A DNA stretch of 64,000 nt from the human T2T-CHM13v2.0 reference genome, Homo sapiens. The translations under genes and the position numbers were made by a program. The notes beneath the pieces were generated by a model. That model ran no database searches. It had not been told where the DNA came from and was given only the letters and a program-made list of their open reading frames with translations. Below, one piece after another: positions 31,241-44,050 of the stretch (its first letter is position 1; the number at the start of each line of letters is the position of its first letter). The stretch lies in the NCBI RefSeq assembly GCF_009914755.1, contig NC_060929.1; one strand, written 5' to 3'.

Positions 31241-32988
31241 AGCCTTCCACTGCAGGAAAGATAGAAGCACTTCTGTTCTAGAGTTTATCCTATTTGTGAT
31301 TTATTCATTTAAGGTTTCTTCTTGATTTTATTTCTTACTCACGTTTTATTTCACTATTTCTACCTATTGGATATCTTTCCTTCTTTTACTTCTTTGAAGC
31401 TCCAAACTGTACTTATTCCAAAGTTCTATACATTTTTATTTTATCTGCTTTGAATTAAAATTCCAACTGTTAATGTTTATTTTATTGGTTCTCTACCTTA
31501 ATTTAGTTTTCTTCATGGGTTTTGGAATTTATGGGTTTTTTTAGATAAAATAAATTGACAAGTATTTATGTTTTTGTAAATTCCCATTCACTCACTCTCT
31601 ATTCTCTCTCTTCTCATGCCTCCTCTTCCCCACCACTTCCCAACTCCTACTCCATCTAGCACTTTTTGCTATCAAGACCCAGATCTTTTCTTTTGAAGAG
31701 ATTCTCGCTGAGTACTTTCGATGACCCTGCCATAAGACTATGTTATGAAAGAAATAGAAAATAGCTTGGGGAACCTTTCATTGTCCACACAAACACTCAT
31801 CTGTGTCCTAGAGCTTCAAACACTAAGATTCTCAGCAAACCGCAGGGAGATTCTGAAAACTAGGGAAATCTGCAAATGCTAATTATATGGCTTTTAAGAT
31901 GTAATTAGCATTCCTTTTTCCCTAGATAGGACGTGATTAAGTGGATTTGCTATTATCCAACATGGAACATTCAGTCCATGGAACAAAATTTTGTTACCAC
32001 TCTACTTTAGATTAAATATCTATCTATAGGCTAGGTCTTTGGTCCCAGCACAAACTCGCTGGCCTGAGTCATAGCATCTATTAAATACAGAGATTACCGG
32101 AGATGCTTTTGTTAAGGAAGAACTGTAAAGGTGTGGAGTTTTGTAGGTATCTTTTGAAACACCTATTCCTGACCTCTTAGTTTCGTTTCGCCTCTCAGTG
32201 CCTTTTCTATCTGCATTTGTCACAACCTTATTATTCTTTTCAGTGTGCTGTGAGTATCTGTTCTGTAGTTGCTCAGATTTTAAAAAGTTTGGGAATCTCT
32301 GGCCTCGAGTATTTACTAATAACATAGCTGATTATATCCACTGTATTTCTGTTTTGAATCTACATATATTTATTCCCTAAAATTTCCCAATCAAAGCTAT
32401 GGTCCAAGAAAAATGAACAATTATATAATTAGCTGGTAAATGTACTAGGAATTAGGAAAATGTTATAGTAAAAATCAACTTGAATTTGAATCGTCTATAT
32501 TGGCTGGACCGGATGTCTGAACTTCCGTGTGTAACTGCCCAAATTTATGACTCTAGCTGCGTGACATGAGGTACACATTTTCATAAAGGGCCAAAGACTT
32601 TTATAGAGCAGGAAAATGATTCTCTTGAAGGAAAACTAAAGGTGCTTGTTTTATAAAAATAAATGTTGGACCAAATGTTCATCCTTTATTATTCCCCCAT
32701 AGGAGTTTTACAAGATGAGGATCTGGCATTTATTAGCAGGTCATTTGGGGGTCGGTTGCTGTGGGAACCCAGACTCTTTGTCTGCACTTTATCTTCACCA
32801 TATGATTTTGGTATGAGTAGTTAAGTCTTTTAAAGTATAATATGTCATTAATATTTAATAATTACATTTTTTAAATAACACAAATTAAATCACCTGTTTT
32901 ACTGCTCTATTGTCAATAAATACCCATTTAATTCTTCATTAGGGATTTTAAAAATATTTGTGGCTTGAACACTCATTTAGTTCTGGCT

Positions 32989-33045
32989 TTGTGTGTGTGT
33001 GTGTGTGCACATATGTGTCAGTGTGGGTGTGTCTGTGTCTATGTG
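32989..33045 (+). repeat. (TG)n microsatellite
   Basis: tgtgtgtgtgtgtgtgtgcac...gtgtgggtgtgtctgtgt. Confidence 0.8.
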
Positions 33046-33464
33046 CCAGTATGCTATGAATGATTTCAACTATTAAATGTGATTTTAACTGTTGTTTCCT
33101 TAGTTGAACGTTTTGAATATACAAGCAATTTTAGATTCCATGTAAAATTTTTAAATGGTTTTAAGATAAATAATATAATATAGGTATAAAGTGTATTTGC
33201 TAAACAGCTAGACAATCAAATACATCTACACTAAAATATTTCTGCTCAATTAGGAGTCTCAGCCAAGTCTACCAGGATAAATAAAGGAGAAAGATAAGCC
33301 TACTGCTACAATGATTCATCAAAAGTATTTAGAAAACGTCTACTGGAACTTTGTGCTACATAAAATCCAACCTGAGAAGGCATGATTCCTGCCTTCTGAT
33401 TGCTTTAACAAAAAATACGCAAGGAAGTTATGAAGAAAATATTAAGGCAGTTTCAAGGAGAATA

Positions 33465-33820
33465 CACAATGGCATTATGGTAAAAACACAGGACTTACGG
33501 TATGAAGAGGAGACTCTGTCTTTTGGTTTTGCTACTTATTGTGAAATCTTGGGCAAATCACTTAACCTCTCTTGGTCCCAATTTCTTCTGTTCTAAAGGG
33601 TTCTTGGGATAATGTGTATAGCATATGTTTGTAAATCTCCTACCCGGCCCTTTGCTCAAAACACTCCTGCCAGACTGAATGGCTTGCTATTCCTTAAATA
33701 CACAAGCACCTGTACCCTGGGGCCTTTGGAGATGTTCTTCCTGCTTTCTGGAATGCTTGTCCCCCCAGATCTGTTCGTGGACAACTTTCTCTTTTCCTTC
33801 AAATTTTGCTCAATATTCCC
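33465..33820 (+). mobile_element. MIR followed by an L2 fragment
   Basis: ttgggcaaatcacttaacctctcttgg (MIR core), then ttgctattccttaaatacacaagc...ttcctgctttctggaatgct (L2). Confidence 0.65.
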
Positions 33821-36213
33821 ATAGTGGCCTGGATTGCATGCCTGCACCATAGTTCCACAGGAATCCTGTAAAGCAGGTAGCTGCAGCTTTCATCTTTCAT
33901 ATGGGAGACTGCCTCTGACTCCTTTGAAGACCCAAAAGATGAAGAATTCCCTTGGGCAAACAAAACATTAACAACTTTGATTACAAATATTGAGAATGTT
34001 CCAAAAATCTTCAGACAATTACCACCAATATTATGTGTAAATTCAGAAATATCTAAAAAATGAGTAACAGTCCATTAAGAGTCACCCAAATCATAATGAA
34101 AACTTAAGAGTATAGAAGAGCCAGATAAAATGTCTTGAAAATTACTGTCTTCCCAGAGTCTTGCTCTACTCAGTCACCCAAGAAGAGTTTATGGTACCCG
34201 GGAAGATGTGCCATGTAAGAGAACATTCTTGGCATTTAGGGAGTCACATGGCTTTTACATACTCAGTTCTCGTACTTTTACTCCTTCCCTAAAAATAATA
34301 GTTTGTAACATTAAAAAATTATGAAGTCAAACTAGGCTTATTGAAGTTCTTTATTTGAATAGATTGATTACTTTGTGAGTCTATGTAGGGCAATATTTTA
34401 ATTTGTTTGGATAATAGCATAAAAACCTTATCGAGCAGACATTACATATTACACACTTTGCTTTTTATACATTATTCCTATTCTTTAAACAACCTGAATG
34501 ATTATCACTATCTGTATAGATGGAAAAACTGAGGTTCAAAAAGATAAAAACAATTGTCATATGGAATTATATTTTCTGTTCTGCAATTAGTCATTTATTT
34601 GGTACTTACTATGTGTTATCAAGTGCAACTATATTTATTCTTCTTTACTAATTTTCCCATATTTTCCATATTAAGGGGGCACACTAAAAAACTATAAAGA
34701 CGCCCAGAAAAACAGAAATGAAAGACGGTTCTTTGGTAAGATCAAATCCAGTTCCAGCATTGTTTAAAGATTTTGCTTCCTCATTTTCCCTGACTCTATT
34801 TTTCCATTTTTTATTCTAGTTTTTTAAAACATAGTACCTACATGTACTTTGGTGCCTCAAATCCTATTAGGCAAGTTTATTTCCATAAACTATTTGATTG
34901 CTAAACTATAAATTATGCAAGATATCAAGTCACACTTTAATAAAGTATGATTTGATAAAACAAAGCAAAAAATATAAATACAAGTTTCTCATTTTTATAA
35001 GTGTAAAATAGAACAGGATAAAAATATTTGTATACTCTGGCATGTATTATGGTATCATGATAACACTATTTTGGGGTCAGTATGGCTTTGATTTGAATTC
35101 AAATGTCAAAACATACTCCCTTCTCTGTAAAGATGAAACAATTCCAACTTTATAAAGTTGCTGCAAGTATTCTATGAGAAGACATACAAGTTCCCAGTAC
35201 AATGTCTCACACATTATATGCACTCAGTCATGGAGGTGTCTGGTTTATTCCGGTGTGACAATGATGGTATGTCCAGAGTCCTTGAACTACCATTCAGCAG
35301 CAGAGCCCCAAACAGGAGTGTGCCTTTCATGTTGCATTTAGATCCATCTCTGTTAAAGTAGAACAGCCTGACTTATTTGTTGTTGTTTTGTTTATGGCCA
35401 TAATCCTTTGCCACTTATTTTGAGATCAGCATCCTAATATTCTCTGAGGCAGTACTTCTCCACAACTCTCAGTCCATGCTGTTTAGGTAGGGATGTCTCA
35501 CTAAACATGGGACAGCATGGATGTGACAACATGGATGTCTCACCCCATGCTGTTTAGATGGGGATGTCCCTTCTCCTTCAGGAAAAGGGACATGGCCTGG
35601 AATGGCCAATAAAAGTCACATGATTGATTAAAGAATGATCATGGGACTCAAACAGGATCAGTGGTTGTAACCCCAATACTTCTGCTGGAACTGATAGGAA
35701 AGAAACACTCACTTTCCACTGAATTGCTGAACAAGTGGGATAGACATCTGGAGCCATTATGGGCTACTGTGAAAGGATAACTCACCTAAGAATCAAACTA
35801 ACCGGAGTAAAGGTGATGGAAAGAAACTGACATTTGATGGCAACTTTTAAGTTTCTGGATCCATTTGTGCTTGAAGACAAGTTATACCTCACCTTTTCAA
35901 TTATGTGGATGAATCTGTGTGGCAGATGACTTTTAAAATGACCATCAATAATCCAACTTTCTAGAATTCATGCCTTTGTGTAATCCTTCCTCTTGAATAT
36001 GGGTTAATAATTTGCTTTTAAAGAATAGAATAAGGCAAAAGGAATAAGATGTCAACACCATGATTAGTTACAAAAGGCTGTGACTTCTGTCTTACTAGCA
36101 TGCTCTCTCAATTGCCATCTTGGCTTGCATACTGTGAAAAAGCAGCTGCCACAAGGGTGAGATGCCTGGTGAGGAACTCAGATGACCTTTGGTCAATACA
36201 AGGGAGGAACTAA

Positions 36214-37748
36214 TGATACAGACAGGAAGCAGGAGAGCAGGGTCCCTGGTGAGGGGTCCACCCTCAAGCCTGGACCCATGACCCTAAATGAGAACAGGCA
36301 TTCCTGTTTTTGCACCTGAATGTTGCTTTGTGGCCAACCCCTCCCTGCTATCCTGTGCCCATATAAACCCCAAACTCCACTGGCAGAGGAACAGAGTGGC
36401 ACGGCAGAGGAGAGAAGAGAAGAAGCATCTGAACGTCGAAGAGGCAGCTAGATGGTTGGAGATTATCTTCCCACTCCATCCCCTTTCCAGCTCCCCATCC
36501 CACTGAGAACCATCTTTATAACTCAATAAAACAGCACATGGAGAGTAATTACTAAATATTAATAAAATATTAACACAATATTGCTAGTGATCACTAAATA
36601 TTAATAAAATATTTAATCCGATATGATTCACCAAGTTACACTGTCAATATCTTGCAAGAAAATTTGTATTGTCTTTATGAAAAGAATGAGTCATGTCTAA
36701 CAATTAAATTCAGTCTAGCACGCTTTACAAAATTTACATTCTGGCTGATAAGATTGCAACAGACACACAAAATGAATCACAGGAGAAAGTGGAAAAATAT
36801 TTTTAAATACCTGATCCTACAAACAAATACAATTGTTACAATTATAAATAATGAAATAACGTATTATTGTGCTTTTAGGAAATCATATTTTTTGGAAAAA
36901 ACATAATGAGAAAGTAAAAAGAGTGATAATTATTACTACTATCATTAATACAAATATATTAATATTAAATTATAAATATTATAGTAGTAAAAATCATAAT
37001 TGATTTTACTGCTACTACGTGCCATGCATTGCACCTTTTCCTGTAATTGTTTTATTGCTCATAACCACCCTGTGTGAAAGATGTTGTCACATTTTTGTAA
37101 ATGAGGAAACTAAAACTCAGAGAGAATAGGTAATGTCATTTAATCAGGGTGAAGTTTCAAATCTAGATCTGCCTGAATTTAAAGACTGAGCTTTTTCTTT
37201 CATGCTATAGATAGGTGCAGATAAGACTGCCTTTGGGCAGTCTATTAAACTACTTAGCTCATAAAAACTAGAAAAGTAGAAAACTGAGTTATTTGTTTAT
37301 TCTGGCTATAAAGATAACTAATTTAAAGCAGACAGAGGCAGCTTCCATCTCAGATGAGAACCACCTTTATAACTCAATAAAACCTCCGCATTCACCATCC
37401 TTCAAGACCTGATTCTTCCTGGACACTGAACAAGGACCTGGGTACCAAGATGGCAGGCTGTAAAAGGCTCTCGCCCTGACTCTACACTGCTCTGGTTAAC
37501 ACTTAGCCGTCAGTGGACAGCAACTGCTAAAAGAGCATTGTAATACATTTGGACAATCCTGTGGGGCCAGCACAGGGCCTGCTCCCACCAGAGAGAAGTG
37601 GCCAGCCGTTCCAGCTTTCCTTCGCTCCAGTTTCTGCACTCGCTTAATTTGCATGCTTCCTCCTGTGAGGAGTGGCCAGAGGCAGGCTGAGTGAAATGAG
37701 CCTCTCCAGTTCCTGCTCACAAAGGAGTCAGGGAGCTCCCCAATTTCA
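36214..37748 (+). mobile_element. ERV1 solo LTR (LTR1/27/28/MER52 group) interrupted by an ~0.82-kb templated insertion
   Basis: tgatacagacagg...cccaatttca, 4-bp TSD ctaa at 36210-36213 and 37749-37752. TATA-like atataaa at ~36361 and aataaa at 36525. The two halves rejoin when the insert is removed. Confidence 0.9.
36546..37357 (+). repeat. Derived copy of the local duplication (paralog of 50459-51270)
   Basis: Colinear direct match with the same 13,913-bp offset at both ends, roughly 90% identical by eye. Includes a MIR at ~37000-37210. Confidence 0.95.
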
Positions 37749-39608
37749 CTAAGACACTTGGTCCAACAGTGGCCCAAGGAACTGAATGTTACCAGTAACC
37801 ACTGAATGATTTAGGTAGTGGATCATTTACCATTCTAGCCGCCAGATGACACTGCTGACACCTGGCTGACACCATGACTATAACCTTGTGAGCGACCATG
37901 AAATAGAGAGCCAAGCTAAACTGTGCTCAGATTCCTGACCCAGAGAGACCTTGAGATTAAAAAGTGTGGGTCCTTTTAAGAAGCTCAGTTTCAGAGCAAC
38001 CAGGGACATAGTAATGGGTAACTAACACAATCCATTTAAGTCGCTTCTGTGTCTAGCATCCAAAAGTTCCTGACAATTTGTTTAAAAATATTTTTTTCAT
38101 AGAATAAAAAAGAAGCAGCAAGATGAACAGCATTAAGAAAAGATGAAGTTTTAGTAACAGTCTCAGTGGCCTTGAAACTGTCTAAACAAGTGACATAGCA
38201 TGAGTTCTTTTTCAGGGTCCCTTGTTTCTTGTTTTTAATTTTAACCACAAAGGAGGCAATCTTTAACTTTTAAAAAAGTCTTTAAAAGTTTAGGAATAAT
38301 TTAAATGCACTTAACAGTTAAGTACTTTAAAAACTTTCAGGAAAATATGTAACAACTAGCAAAAATGAAAAATTCTCCCAGAAGACTTAAAAAAAATTAT
38401 TTTTCCCTTAGGAGTATTGAAAGAGTAAGTAGAAGAAAGACTGAACAAGTTTAAGATAGAAAATAGAAATTCCGTGGTTTCTTTTTCCTTACCAAATCAG
38501 AAAATCACTACATAATAGACTGAAAATAACTTGTTTGAAGTTAGGGACATTTTGATGTAGGGAACATTTATCAAAAGACTGAAAAGACTCAGTGCAAATG
38601 ACAAAATCAAAATAGCACCTCAGCTGAAAAATGTAGATGAAGCAAATGTTTATAAGCAAGCTATAAGTCGTATTTCAAGTCCTTGCCACCAAAGGGGACC
38701 TTAGAAATGTTCTAATCCAGTCTAATTCATACTGTAGGTGAGAGAACTGAGGCCCAGAACAGTTACAGTACTTTCTAAAGCTCAAGCAATTAGTCAATAC
38801 AGAGCAAGGGTTGCTTTTATATCTTTGAACTCCAAGTTCTTTTCTTTTAGAAAATATTACAACTATATATTACAGACATTTATAATTGGGAGTGCCCTAG
38901 GAGAATTGAAGATGGAGTCCACAGAGCTCCCAATATTCTCCAACTACACATTTTCAGCCTTGCCATACCAAACTGCCCTAAAAAACAAACCCAAGGAGGA
39001 GCCTGCCATGAGAACCAGCCCCATCATCCAAAAGTGGGATTCAGTTTGGAAGCACTGAGAGCAAAATAACAATTGTTTATAACTGGGCCATTATGACAGA
39101 ATGGTGCCCATTCTGACTGGTGAGGGCCCATGCCATAATGGTTGTTAGCAAAATATTTTGAATATCTTCCTTGACTACATCTCTGCTTGTCTCAGTCATC
39201 ACAAGGAGCTCTAAACCTCAGGTCATCCCTTATGACCAAGATTCCCCTCTTCATAAGGCTCTCTGTAGCTCCTGGTCCAGCCTAATTTCTTACTCCTCCA
39301 TTACTGCAGAAACATTTCATTGTAATGTTTGGAACTCATAGTCTGCCATCAGCAAATGACTTCTCTTCTAAATCTCTCCAATAACATTCCTTCCCATCCT
39401 AATGCTAACCTGGCTGAAAATGAGAGCATCATTTTTGCTCCTCTGTACCCTATTATTATTTTTCCCTTCATTATTATTTCCCATCATTATTTTTGCCTTC
39501 TCAAAAAAATCAAATGAAACCACTTAGCTACTCTAAAGTACAGGCCATCAGATTACAGACTCCTCTACCCCTGCTCCCACAGTCATCTTTCATCCTCCTG
39601 ATTATCCC

Positions 39609-40002
39609 TGCTATGGTTTACATGTATGTGCCCCTCCAAAATTCATATGTTGAAGCTTAACCACCAATATGATAGTATTAAGAGCTGGGGCCTTTAGGGA
39701 GTGATTAAGTCATGAGGACAGAACTTTCTTGAATGGGATTAATGACCTTATAAAAGAGGTACAGGAGCACTGTCTCTCTCTCTTTTGCCCTTTCCATCCC
39801 TTCCTCCATGTGAGGACATAGTGTTCATCCCTTCTGGAGGATATAACAAGAAGGAAGCAGAGAGCAGCCCTCACCAGACACAATCTCTTCTATGGCCTTG
39901 ATCTTGGACTTTCTAGCTGCTAAAATTGTGAGTAATAAATAATGATTTATAAATTACCCAGTCTGTGGTATTTTGTTGTATCTGCACAAATGGTCTTAGA
40001 CA
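39609..40002 (+). mobile_element. MaLR solo LTR (MSTD-like)
   Basis: tgctatggtttacatg...ccaaaattcatatgttgaa...aaattacccagtctgtggtattttgtt...agaca, with a perfect 5-bp TSD atccc. Confidence 0.9.
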
Positions 40003-40971
40003 ATCCCCCTTCACTCACTAAAGACATAAACCCTAGGATTGTTGCCTTTTTCTCCACATTTCTTCTATAATAATTTTTAATAATTGCAATGTTCACATAA
40101 AAGAACCATCCAGGTATTTCAGCTCCTAGAACTCCTTACGTCAGATTTTCTAATCTCCAGGCCACTTCTCCCACCCCACTCCCATGGTCACATCTTAGAA
40201 CTTATAATCACCAATAGCATAAAACCTGTTAAATCACAACCACTTATTGTCTTCTCCATCCATTTCCAGAAGTACCTCCACTCCAATGATTCTTTGACTC
40301 CATGGGATCCACAATACAGTGGCCCTAATAAGTTTATCAGCAGTCACTTACCTTGTCCTTTCCTCCCTGTTAAAATAGCCTAGAATTCCATGGTGGTTCA
40401 TCATTTTAATCACAATCCATTGCCTGCACGGACCCTAAATTCTTTGCTCTTTTCTCTCTCTATCTTACACATCTCACAATAAACAACTGAAGAGAAACTA
40501 AATTTACCATTTGTTCTCTTCTTACTCATGAAACTGAACATGGCTAGAAAAAAACTTGTCATATTGACCAATGGCACTTTAAATTTATGACTACACATTT
40601 CAAATTGACTCTCAAACATTGCCTTCATCTGATCAATTCATTCTCTTATTCTCCGAAATGTTTATTTCACACATTCTTCTCTCTCCTCAGAATTCTCCAA
40701 ATTTTTCCATTCTTAACTCTCAGTTTACCCCTTATTTCACTAAAAATAAAAACTAAAACAATCCAAAGACATATGTCATATATATGCACTACCAAATTTA
40801 CTAATACCTAAGTATCTGTAGCTAAATAATATTTCCTCCTTTGGATGTATTGTACATACTCCTACCAAAGTGTAGTTCCTATACTTGACCATTGGATCTG
40901 ATTTCCTATCTTCTACTTAAAAACTGTGTTCTTATAATAATCCCCTGTCTCTCCTGAAACATCATTATTTT

Positions 40972-40972
40972 C

Positions 40973-41045
<73 letters not shown>
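40972..41045 (+). repeat. Compound (CT)n(CA)n microsatellite
   Basis: ctctctctct...ctcacacacacac read directly. Confidence 0.95.
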
Positions 41046-41046
<1 letters not shown>

Positions 41047-41959
41047 ATCATCATTCCATTCATTCCATTACTATGTAAGTAAGCAAAAATAACTGCATCT
41101 CAAAATAATCTTTACTGAATAGCCTGCAAACTGTTCATCAATTTTTGTATTTGTAAAACTCCTTTAAGACTCAAAATAGTTGTTTATAATCTCTGCTTCA
41201 ACTTTCTCACTTGCCTTTCTCTCTTTACTCTAAAATGGCTCCATCCTCAGAAAAACTCTTCTCAAGCTGCATTTATCTAGGTCACTATGCTCTTCCATAT
41301 TGCCTAATCCAGTGGTCAAGCCTTCTATCTTATTTTACTCTGTCAGCAGCATTTGACATTACCGAGTATCTTCTCCTTCTGGAAAGAGTTTTTGATGGGC
41401 TTCCAAGACAACACAATGTCTTAATTTTTCTCCTACTTCAGGACCAACTCTTTTTCAGACTCATTTGCCCAATTTCTTTTCTCTTTTCTACATCTAAATG
41501 TTAGAGAGAGCTTTGGGCTCTTTTCCTACATCTTCTGTCCCCACACACTTCACAGAGGATCACCAGTCCCATATTTTCAAAGGACATCTACAGCCAGACA
41601 ACTCCCCAAAATATATTTCCAGCCTGGACCTCTCCTCTGAACTTCAGACATGCAGATTCCGCTGATTTCTACTCTTCCTTTTCTTTTACTTGTCTAACAG
41701 GCATCTTAAATTCAACATACAACCAACTCTTAATTTTCCCACCCCATTGGTGAGTCATTCCATTCCATTTTGGTAAATAATATCACAAAAATACATGCAC
41801 TTATGAAATGTTTAAGTTTTATAAATCCATATAAATCAGGGGCACTATGTAGATCAGTTATCCACTGAAGCAGAGAGAAAAGAGAGAGAGAGTGAGCATG
41901 CAAGGGAGCACAAGAGAGCAATTTAATAGCCAAGAATAACTAAAAAGTGATTCAGTTTT

Positions 41960-44050
41960 TACTGGACACTTCTGCTTCCAACCATGTTAAAGTAACATGG
42001 GTCATATTACCCTCCTGCCAAGAAGAACTATAATAGCTTGAATAGAAATTTAAAATTTGAGTTTGACAGCATTGAAGTTGAATTCAGTGAGGACTAGAGG
42101 GACAAAGATTCTAGAGACAGGAGAAGGTATTGAGGAAAGCCCAAATTCACGGAAGTCTTTTCTCTCTAGGCAGTTACTGAATAAAGATATAATATAGCAG
42201 TATATGCCAAGATATATGGGGCATATAAACAGAAAGTTGGCGGCATACTCCTGCTTAAGGAGGCAAAAATTTGAGTTAGGGCTATCAAGAGAGCACTGCT
42301 CAATAGGCCTATGTTCCAGAAAAAAAGGAAGTCCAGTTAAGTAAGCCTGACTTTCTGCATGAAATCTTCCCTCAAATCACTTGCCAGATCTTAAGCTGTG
42401 AATCTGCAGAAAAAGGGTCATCAAACCAATACTTACAAGAGGCTAAAATGTTAAATAGAGTTGTTTGAAGTTTTACAAAGCTAGAGAGATAAAAATTGAA
42501 GTTCAGTGCTCATAAGGAAAGAGGGACTCTTGTAGTTACTCCAGGCTCTCCATTGAGACTCTGAAGAGCTCTGCACTGCGAGTGAGGAAAAATCAAAAGG
42601 AGAGAAGCTCCTAAATCTAGCTCCACCTGAATCAATGGGATTTTCCCATATTATGTATGCCTACCAAAAGAAAATCAAGTCCTCTCTGGAGGAAGACATC
42701 ATCCAAGACACACTAAGATTTGTCCTAGACAATGTTTGGTAATAAATTTAAAAATTACCTGGAAGACTTGGAAACAAGACCTTAAAATACCAAAAACCAA
42801 GATAAGCAATAATAGAGAGATGATCTAGATATTGTAGACAGTTATCTAGGTAGGAATAAAATATAAATTTCAAGGCAACTATGATTACTACACTCAAAAT
42901 AGATTAAAAGATAGAGGATTTCCACAAAAAATTTGAATATAAGATAATCAAATGCACATTCTAGAAGTGAAAAATACAATAATCAAAATTAATTTAATAG
43001 CAGAGAAGATATAGAAGAAGTAACGTTTCTAAACTGGAGGATATGTAATAGAAAACATCCACATTGAAATGTAAGTGGAAAAAATAGGAAAAATACATAA
43101 AAGCTCAAGGGGACATAATTTAAACAGTGAAAAACTCTAACATGCATCTAATCTGGTCACCAGAAGGAGAAAAGAAAAAGGATGAATCAGACAAACTATT
43201 TGGAGAGCACTACAGATAATTGTTTAAAACTGATGACTATTTCAAGCCACAGATTGAAGAAACTCTACTAACCAGCAACAGGATAAATCATATTTAGACA
43301 CACAATAGTGAAACTGATGGGAATCCAAGATATAAAGGGAAACTCTTAAAAGCTGCAGGAGGAGGGCAAAATCACTGGAAAGGGGAAAACGATGAAAACA
43401 GAAGACAATGAGAAACGATATTTAAAATGATGGAAGAAAAATAAGTGCCAACTTAGAATTCTATACCCAGAGAACATGACTTTCAGAAATAACAGTGAAT
43501 TTAAATCATTTCCAAGAAAACCAAAGCTGAGAAAATTCACTGTAGGAGATCTGATTAAATGAGATACTAAAGGGAGTCCTTGGAATAAAAGCAAATGATA
43601 CCACGTAGAAGAACAGGTAATGCAGGAAGTAAAGATTATCAAAAAGGGTAAATAAGTAAATAGGTTAGTAAATCTAAATGAAATTTTGGCTGTATAAACA
43701 ATAAGAACACTACTACGCGGAGTTTAAAATACAGAGATTATTAAGTATTTGGCAACAATATTATGAAAGGCAGATGGTGGGAAGAGTGATTAATGAAACT
43801 AAATTTTTTCAGGTCCTCTAAATTGTCTAGAAAGTGATAAAAAATATATTCCAAGGTAGAGTCTAATAATTCAAGGATTCCTGTGGAGAACTCAATGGTA
43901 GCCTCTAAAATAATAATAAAAGAATCCTAACAGAAGGGGGAAGTGGATTAAGAGAAAAAAAATCTTGAATAAACCAAGAGAAGGCAAGAAAGGAAAATAA
44001 AAGGAACAAAAACAGATGAGATACTTATTAAGAGAGTAGAATTAAACCCA
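41960..44050 (+). mobile_element. Old L1M 5' region and ORF1 relic
   Basis: A-rich. The segment tgccaacttagaattctatacccagagaacatgactttc matches the L1 ORF1p C-terminal QPRILYPAKLSF motif. Boundaries approximate. Confidence 0.75.

Larger units (their letters stand above)
35918..38029 (+). mobile_element. MaLR LTR (MLT1F/G/H-like) split by an ERV1 LTR
   Basis: tgtggcag...ggaactaa [LTR] gacacttgg...cagattcctgacccagagagacc...gtaactaacaca. Flanks atctg/atcca fit a CpG-decayed 5-bp TSD atccg. Confidence 0.8.
35395..38075 (+). mobile_element. Old MaLR LTR (MLT1J/K-like), host of the nested insertions
   Basis: MLT1J/K-type motifs (ctctcagtccatg, ggactcaaacaggatca, ttctggatccatttgtgcttgaag) up to ~35915. 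Its tail resumes at ~38030 (tttaagtcgcttctgtgtctagcatccaaaagttcctgac). Confidence 0.6.
39200..41730 (+). mobile_element. L2 ORF2 region, interrupted by an MST LTR and a microsatellite
   Basis: Endonuclease-region motif cccactcccatggtcacatcttaga, RT motif TLSAAFD in ORF 41211-41504, and L2 3' motif ccagcctggacctctcctctgaacttcagac. Confidence 0.8.

Noticed and set aside
32020-32325. 101-aa hydrophilic minus-strand ORF as a microprotein
   Set aside because: No recognisable homology or splice context, and its length is within chance expectation for 64 kb.
36533-37357. Processed pseudogene/L1 transduction, or an assembly artefact
   Set aside because: No poly(A) or intron loss, and the duplication is unusually long for L1. 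About 10% divergence between the copies argues against a false duplication.
36504-37383. CRISPR-like repeat-spacer unit (29-bp direct repeats)
   Set aside because: Only two copies 851 bp apart in primate DNA, explained as a target-site duplication.
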